This document shows positions 31,335 through 32,000 of a stretch of 32,000 nt of DNA, in pieces. The stretch is taken from positions 1,584 to 33,583 of the forward strand of contig NZ_JAGZUV010000003.1 of assembly GCF_018379785.1 (NCBI RefSeq), given 5' to 3'. Position numbers and translations under genes: made by a program. Origin of the DNA: Desulfovibrio sp. (GTDB lineage Bacteria > Desulfobacterota > Desulfovibrionia > Desulfovibrionales > Desulfovibrionaceae). The number at the start of each line of letters is the position of its first letter. Within the stretch, counting starts at the first letter, position 1. Under the pieces are notes generated by a model. That model was not told the DNA's origin. It saw nothing but the letters and a program-made list of their open reading frames with translations, and did not search any database.

Positions 31335-32000
31335 TTATTCGGTTTGAGCCGGAGCGCCGGAAACGGCACCAGAAGAGGAACGCGACGGAGCGCCCACAAC
31401 CTTACCCGCCGACAAAGCCGTGATGTAAATCCCGCCCGGATTACGCAGTAAGACCGCATCCGTTTGGGGTGGGTTGATCTGGATCGTGGCCGTGGCTTCA
31501 TAGGTGTGCTGTTCCAACAGCGCCCCCGCATGACTGCGGACGGTTTCCGTCCATTCGACCCGGTAGGAATCGGCACTGACCGGCAGGGGTAAGCTTTTGA
31601 TCTCCACATGGACCAGTTTACCCGACTTGGCGATTTCATAGGGGTTATTCGTTTCGTACCATTCCTTCAAAACGCCCTTTGCCGAACCGGCCATGAAGTA
31701 GGACAAGCGGGAAATCATCTTTTTCTGTAGTTCCACATCCGCCGTCACCGTGCGCCAATCGGCAACACAAGCCGCGATTTCCGACTGAATAAGCCGTTGC
31801 GGCGTGACGCTGGCCACATCGGCGCGGGCGACCACGGCAGACTTGCCGAGCTTGTCCACTTCGATGATGTAGGGGATCGTTTTGACTTGGTTTGCCTGAA
31901 TCACGTTGCCAGTGATGGAAATTCCCGTGATGATCAGACAGAAAAAAGCCACTGTGCGCCATTGTGCGGCCCGGCTGATATAGCCGCCGTATCGTTCAAG
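31335..32000 (-). CDS. trbF: conjugal transfer protein TrbF (VirB8 family); 5' end outside the window
   Basis: The frame stays open to the window edge (…ERYGGYISRAAQWRTVAFFCLIITG…), so the M at 31952 is internal. It is followed by a VirB8-like periplasmic domain. Confidence 0.85.
   Translation of the reverse strand, partial: LERYGGYISRAAQWRTVAFFCLIITGISITGNVIQANQVKTIPYIIEVDKLGKSAVVARADVASVTPQRLIQSEIAACVADWRTVTADVELQKKMISRLSYFMAGSAKGVLKEWYETNNPYEIAKSGKLVHVEIKSLPLPVSADSYRVEWTETVRSHAGALLEQHTYEATATIQINPPQTDAVLLRNPGGIYITALSAGKVVGAPSRSSSGAVSGAPAQTE

Larger units (their letters stand above)
8092..32000. mobile_element. integrative conjugative element inserted at the 3' end of ssrA; right end beyond the window
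   Basis: A P4-type integrase gene lies 190 nt after the tmRNA CCA, with AlpA next to it. TraJ/TraI relaxosome genes, TraG coupling protein, TraF peptidase and TrbF/G/H/I mating-pair genes are all present. No second copy of the ssrA 3' end (attR) occurs in the window. Confidence 0.85.

Noticed and set aside
8092-32000. Search for attR (a second copy of the ssrA 3' end, for example GGTTCGATTCCCCCCGCCTCCACCA) and for CRISPR-like or other periodic repeats.
   Set aside because: Only short chance matches (for example CCGATTCC at 7209, 23945 and 29041) were found, with no repeat longer than about 9 nt. The ICE right end must lie beyond the window, and no CRISPR array is present.

Overview
High-GC, Desulfovibrionales-like DNA, though the taxon cannot be proven from the sequence alone. 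The window splits into two parts.

Positions 1-8091 look like ordinary chromosome. They hold a phosphohexomutase 3' end, a pseudouridine synthase, two adjacent RdgC-like ORFs, an orphan Opp/Dpp-type ABC permease pair, recN, a hypothetical gene behind a textbook sigma-54 promoter, and the tmRNA gene ssrA (tag peptide ANNDYDYAYAA).

From the ssrA 3' CCA (8091) to the window end (32000) lies one large integrative conjugative element (ICE) whose right end is outside the window. In order it carries:
- a P4-type tyrosine integrase and an AlpA-like excisionase/regulator
- a putative IncP-type oriT, followed by a lytic transglycosylase, a TraJ-like protein and a TraI-like (MOBP) relaxase
- a lower-GC arsenic cargo block of about 6 kb on the minus strand: arsR, ArsP-like permease, small thioredoxin-like protein, acr3, arsM, arsC, periplasmic thioredoxin, CcdA
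- small stand-alone cassettes that include an antirestriction protein
- a minus-strand array: trbF-trbG-trbH-trbI-traG(VirD4)-traF-orf70, an ArdC/primase fusion, an orphan Dam-like methyltransferase and a type IA topoisomerase

No CRISPR array, rRNA, tRNA or IS/transposase was seen.

Items most worth follow-up:
- the ssrA-targeted IncP-like ICE itself
- an RP4-like nic sequence inside an inverted repeat
- the mobile arsM plus ArsP plus periplasmic Trx/CcdA arsenic module and its recurring TTGG-N8-CCAA operator-like palindrome
- the ArdC-(repeat)2-Toprim primase fusion, translationally coupled to a methyltransferase and a topoisomerase
- a hairpin that buries the alpA ribosome-binding site
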